DNA from: Octopus sinensis
Lineage: Eukaryota
DNA: 13,166 bases
Direction: 5' to 3'
NCBI RefSeq assembly: GCF_006345805.1
Contig: NW_021826363.1
Span: 1-13,166, forward strand
Below the pieces are notes generated by a model. That model was given only the letters and a program-made list of their open reading frames with translations, was not told the origin of the DNA and searched no databases. The number at the start of each line of letters is the position of its first letter. Within the stretch, counting starts at the first letter, position 1. Made by a program: the position numbers and the translations under genes. Shown in pieces: positions 8,741 to 13,166 of the stretch.

Positions 8741-8929
8741 GGAAGGACGAAAGAATGTATACAACAGAAAGAAAAAAAATATATGTGTATGAATGAAAGA
8801 GATGTAAAAATGACAGAAATATGACAGAATGTAGGAGAAAGGTCTGAAGGTTTTTGTAACAAACGTAAAACGAAGGAATTAGAAAGCAGGATACAAATTG
8901 AAAATCATTTCTTGTAATTATCTGAGGAA

Positions 8930-9380
8930 CCAAAACAAAGTACGTGATATGAATGCAATAAGACATGAGGAATAAGGAGAAATGCCGAATGAAATTCTCT
9001 CTAAAACCAAAGTATAAGAAACTATGAATAAACAATATAAGACAGGTAAAGATAATGCAAAGATATTCTTCAGAACATTTAATCGCAGCCCCGAACCCAA
9101 CCCCTAACAAAAATTGCAAAACAGCTAAGCACAAATGATCGAAGAGGATTGGTAAAAGATGTAGGAAAGAAAAAAGAACATTATAAAGAAACTGTCTGGA
9201 TGAAAATGATAGACAGCAAAAACCAGGAATGTATATCCCATAAGAGTGTCAAGATATTGCAGACAGCGATATTAATGTTTAAAAGAAAAGCTTTTGTCCC
9301 TGAATAGGTGCAGCAGTTAACGTCGGTAAAAGCTCACATATCAATCATCAGATGACTGAAAACTGATTGCAGATCTCTGA
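8930..9380 (+). mobile_element. Decayed R4/Dong-like (RLE) LINE fragment, pre-RT region and start of RT
   Basis: Colinear motifs: QSIRNYE (9008-9028, cf. QRIRRYE), NAKIFFRTF (9054-9080, cf. N.K.FYR.L), KEHYKETVWMK (9173-9205, cf. KEHN..A.W.K), KAFVPE*VQ (9287-9313, cf. KAPGPD.V). Contains stops and frameshifts. Confidence 0.55.
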
Positions 9381-9727
9381 AGGTGTTATTAAGTCAGTAT
9401 CACGATGTGTAATACTTGCCTAATCATAAATTAACAAAGATTTTAATGTAAGTATATTGTATAATAGAAATATGGCATTCATGAAAAGTTGAACCTATTA
9501 TATCCCTATACTAAAAATATAGGACCAAAAACAGTTGTGTAACTGTGTAATAGTGTCATAGTGTGACCTGATTTGCTAACATAAAAGAAACTTAAGTGAG
9601 CCTGTTGCCTTTTCTGTCCTCAATTATTGCTTATATCCAAATCGCATATAATTTTGTTATTGATCGACTAAATCAATCACAAACTAATATTTTTTTCTAT
9701 AAAAGTTAATAGTAAATAATAACTTAC

Positions 9728-10089
9728 TGTGGATTGCTTTTCCATAAGGAGTAGAAAATCTGACGTTTCGGACAACTGCCCTACTGCATAATGTATGAAT
9801 ATAGAGATTGATAGCGTAATAAGTAATATTCCAATGAGAAAAGGGAGGGTATTGTTGAGGAGGAAAGAAAAGACAGTGTGAGGAGTATTGAGCAAGTGGA
9901 GGGATAAGCAATAGGAAAGTAAACGCCTTGAAGAAGTTGATATGAAAACTTGTAGCAGGAATGAAATCAATGATATGGGAAGTAATAAAAGGTTTAGATA
10001 ATGTGAATTAGAATTAATGAACTGATGCTAGAGTTGATGTTACTGTTGCTGCCGCAGCTGCTGGATCGTGAGAATTTGTGACAGACCTC
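9728..10089 (-). other. Possible exon (coding status unresolved)
   Basis: ccttgtttcttTAG| acceptor at 10089 and CA|GTAAGT donor at 9728/9727. Two frames are open over the last ~290 nt, but no frame is open throughout. Confidence 0.2.
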
Positions 10090-10227
10090 CTAAAGAAACA
10101 AGGTGAATTGTGAACTGGAACTCAGACATGAATTTTTACTATATCTACCCTTCCCACCGTCAAATACTAGACGATCCTCACATTTACTCAGCTGTCTATT
10201 TCCAGATAATTTTATTGCGTTGATGTA

Positions 10228-10504
10228 TCTTTTACGTTGCACTTGTTTTAGTCTTTGGATGACAGATATAGCGAGGCACCGCGTTGAGAAGTTTTAGTCG
10301 AGCGATTTTTCCTTGGTTCTTCTTTTTCTTTTTGAGTATGGTGCTTATACTATCATTCTGTTTTGCCGAACCGCTAAGTTACAGAGGTCTTAAACAAACT
10401 GACAATGGTTGTCAAGCAGGGCATGAGAACAGACACTAACGGAAAGAAACCCACACAGATACACACAAACGCATATATAAATATGAATACACATACACGT
10501 ATAT

Positions 10505-10537
<33 letters not shown>

Positions 10538-10543
10538 CACGCG

Positions 10544-10615
<72 letters not shown>
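10228..10615 (-). mobile_element. Antisense tRNA-SINE 3' half plus internal microsatellite (family B), head missing
   Basis: acttgttttagtc, gcaccgc, ttttagtcga, ttttgccgaaccgctaagttac, ggttgtcaagc are reverse complements of 4110-4270. Followed by a (CA)n(TA)n tract. Confidence 0.85.
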
Positions 10616-10616
<1 letters not shown>

Positions 10617-10985
10617 GTGAGACAAAAGTGTACCTACGCCGCTATATGCTTTATATATAAAAAATACAAAATGGGACAAAACTTGGTGTTTAGGAATTTT
10701 CTTTTACATCAAGTTCAAAATTTTATGCCAGCCGTTAAACTGCCACTACGTTGCTGTTCGTCGTTAAGAAATGCTAGCCATGGTGACTCTACTATCCTCA
10801 GGTTCTATCTTTGGTTCTAACTTTGGTTTCAAATATTTTTTAAATTTTTATTCAGCTCGCAAATTCGTCTGTCCCTTTTAAATGTTAGTGTTTTGCTGTC
10901 TGCCTTAAAACAGACATTTCCATTGTCACTGCCTGATATTTATGATTGATCTTTCAAAATATTTTCTTTCTCAACTTACTCAAGA

Positions 10986-11204
10986 TCTTTTGTTGTTTAT
11001 AAATGGGAGAGAGATAGAGAAAGATAGAGAGTAAGAGAAAGCGAGGGAAAGTCCGAGAGAAAGGAGGAGTAGGAGAGCGGGAAAGTGAGAGAGAAAGGAG
11101 AGAGAAACAAAGAGGGAGAATGTGGTGATAAAAAACAGAAAGGAAGCAACAGAAAGTAACAACCACACTCTTACCCGCGCGTAGAGCGGGTCACCTTAAG
11201 CTAG
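10986..11204 (+). mobile_element. Candidate non-autonomous Helitron
   Basis: 3' end: hairpin ACCCGC-gcgtaga-GCGGGT (11173-11191), 9 nt, then CTAG (11201-11204) followed by T. Plausible 5' A|TC at 10985-10987, so an A/T target with no TSD. GA-rich interior. The 5' boundary is tentative. Confidence 0.55.
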
Positions 11205-11544
11205 TTTATTAAATAAAACGAAAATGTACATACTAAGTAGAGGACATCACCAACGAGCGAAAAATACGTAAACACACAACAAGAGAGAAGTACGGCACAA
11301 AATACCAAAAGAAGTCTAACTCCACCTCAGTTGTCGAATGTATATTACGAGCTGTTTCGTGCTTTTAACGAGAGGGCAGGAAAACTTCATAAGACAGCAG
11401 GATACAGATATTTATGTATGTATATACAGACGTCACTAAAGTGACTAAGGGAGCTAGTCAGCATCAATATTGCTAGAAAGAGGAGTCAGAACAACTCTTT
11501 GCTACGAGGACTTATCTAACTACTGACAATGAAGACGAGACGAG

Positions 11545-12010
11545 GGATCTTTTCGGTTTGAACGGCAGTTTTTAATCATATTTCTAGGTAACTAAAAAAT
11601 TTTAAAACTTCGTATACTGGTAGAATGTGCTTATAAAATCTTTTTCTCTTGGCTTTATTGAGAAAATTCTAAGTTTGTAAGATATTTGTTGTATTTTTTC
11701 TTCAATTCTTTCTGCAATTTCAACCAATCAGTGACGTCTATTGAGTTAAAAAGCATTCTGTGCCGTATGAATATGTCCCTCGTTTAGAACAGATTGGGTT
11801 TATTTACATTTCTGAAGAAAAAATATACCCTTCTCCCACCCCTAACCCTAACCCTAACCCTAACTAATCCTAACTAACCCTAACTAACCCTAACTAACCC
11901 TAACCCTAAAACAGATTCAAATGCAATAGATCGATACTAGGGTCATAATTATGGGTGACAATTTCATATGACACCGCTAGTAAAAACTGCCGTTCAAACC
12001 GAAAAGATCC
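11545..12010. mobile_element. MITE (non-autonomous DNA transposon) with 30-bp TIRs and 3-bp TSD
   Basis: GGATCTTTTCGGTTTGAACGGCAGTTTTTA (11545-11574) is the exact reverse complement of 11981-12010. GAG flanks both ends (11542-11544 and 12011-12013). No ORF. Confidence 0.95.
11840..11909 (-). repeat. Interstitial telomere-type repeat (TTAGGG)n with TTAGTTAGGG 10-mer variants
   Basis: Plus strand: CCCTAA x3, then four (C/T)CCTAACTAA units (11858-11897), then CCCTAA x2. Lies inside the MITE. Confidence 0.93.
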
Positions 12011-12371
12011 GAGACTAATTCGCTGTTCCGGTTGCGGTAGGAAACCAGTCTCCCTTGTTTGTCATTAGATTAGTACTTTTCGTGGTTAGGAGTTGTTCTG
12101 ACTATTATTTCTAGCAATACTCGTGCTGATTAGTACTTTTAATCACATTTGTTCATTTGGGCTGTAAATTGCGAAAAAAACCTCTTCATAATTTACATCT
12201 ACGTTCTTGCTACACGGGACCCTTCGAATTTTTCCATCCAAAATAGATTTTCAACCCGTTATTCATATGCAACATATTTATAGATTTGCATGTGTGCTAC
12301 GTGACATTCCTTAGTGTGTGGGGGGGGGGAGTTGCGCACAGATTACTCTCTGCACAGAACATTTAGTGCAG

Positions 12372-12402
<31 letters not shown>

Positions 12403-12527
12403 ATAAAAACGCAATGCAAGCATATGTACACAAAAATATATACACCTATAAAATACATACATACATATTTATATGCAGTATTAAAACAAAGGCCATTGAT
12501 TTACATACATGTTAGACATCTATACAA

Positions 12528-12621
<94 letters not shown>

Positions 12622-12718
12622 GTGTGTGTATATAATTATATACATATATCGATGTATATATATATTATGTATATACACGTACATATATATATATATATTT
12701 ATATACATATGTATATAC

Positions 12719-12761
<43 letters not shown>

Positions 12762-12815
12762 CACACAAATATATATGTATATATGCGTATACACACGCAC
12801 ACACACATATATAAC
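12372..12815. repeat. (TA)n/(TG)n/(CA)n compound microsatellite field
   Basis: Direct inspection. Confidence 0.93.
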
Positions 12816-12834
12816 CAAGCGCGCACTTAGTGAA

Positions 12835-13070
12835 AGAGTTTGATGGATAGACAGGATGACAGATACATAAGGAAACAGACAGATATATATGGTTTGATTG
12901 GTAGCTATACAGATGGGTATAAAGATAGGTATACAAGCACAAGAAGGGAGAGCAGGAAAGGGAGAGCTATGATAAGGTTAGAGAAAGAGGAAGAGCGAGA
13001 CAGACAGAAGGGGGCAGAGTTAGAAAGTTAAACAAATTAGATAGACGTAATGGTAGAGATACGTAAAAAT
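12835..13070. repeat. Degenerate GATA/GACA/GA-rich low-complexity tract
   Basis: Purine-rich strand: gatagacag...gacagacagaag. Confidence 0.7.
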
Positions 13071-13166
13071 GACAGCCACACTGGAACGCGCGCATGCGCA
13101 CACGTATAAGCATGTATATATCAGTGTATATTATGTTAATATTTATGGATATCTATCTCCCTATGC

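Noticed and set aside
8211-9134. Longest ORF (307 aa, minus strand, F/L-rich)
   Set aside because: It is a composite of the antisense of an A-rich LINE relic, a SINE head and a (TGTA)n tract, crossing unrelated repeat boundaries.
10974-10990. Minus-strand GTAAGT donor with a possible 7-nt microexon
   Set aside because: No convincing acceptor. A few GTAAGT hexamers per strand are expected by chance.
11840-11909. True telomere or chromosome-fusion scar
   Set aside because: Only ~70 bp, single orientation, and enclosed by MITE TIRs.
7716-12291. Octamer motifs ATGCAAAT (~7716) and ATTTGCAT (12284-12291)
   Set aside because: Isolated AT-rich 8-mers expected by chance. One lies inside a retroelement remnant.
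1-13166. The many 60-200 aa ORFs rich in Y/I/H/T/V/C/M
   Set aside because: They are translations of (TA)n, (CA)n, (TACA)n and (TTA)n, which lack stop codons in several frames. No protein-like complexity.

Overview
Eukaryotic, AT-rich, repeat-saturated DNA, most likely intronic or intergenic sequence from an octopus. That assignment rests on the microsatellite spectrum and on SINE sequences I recognise from memory; no database search was run. The window has no prokaryotic genes, CRISPR array or true tRNA/rRNA gene, and almost all listed ORFs are artefacts of (TA)n, (CA)n, (TACA)n and (TTA)n tracts. Well supported: five copies or fragments of one tRNA-derived SINE carrying an internal microsatellite; a second tRNA-SINE (572-880); an internally deleted mariner with both TIRs (2673-3216); and a 466-bp MITE with perfect 30-bp TIRs, a GAG target duplication and internal telomere-type repeats (11545-12010). 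Moderately supported: a Helitron-like element (10986-11204), a decayed R4/Dong-like LINE fragment (~8930-9380), and a 5'-truncated LINE 3' end embedded in (TACA)n arrays (7546-7930). The most interesting leads, both unproven, are (i) that last element as a possible (TACA)n-targeting or microsatellite-seeding retrotransposon and (ii) a promoter-like island (5460-5800) next to a candidate minus-strand spliced 36-aa ORF whose ATG is split by an intron.
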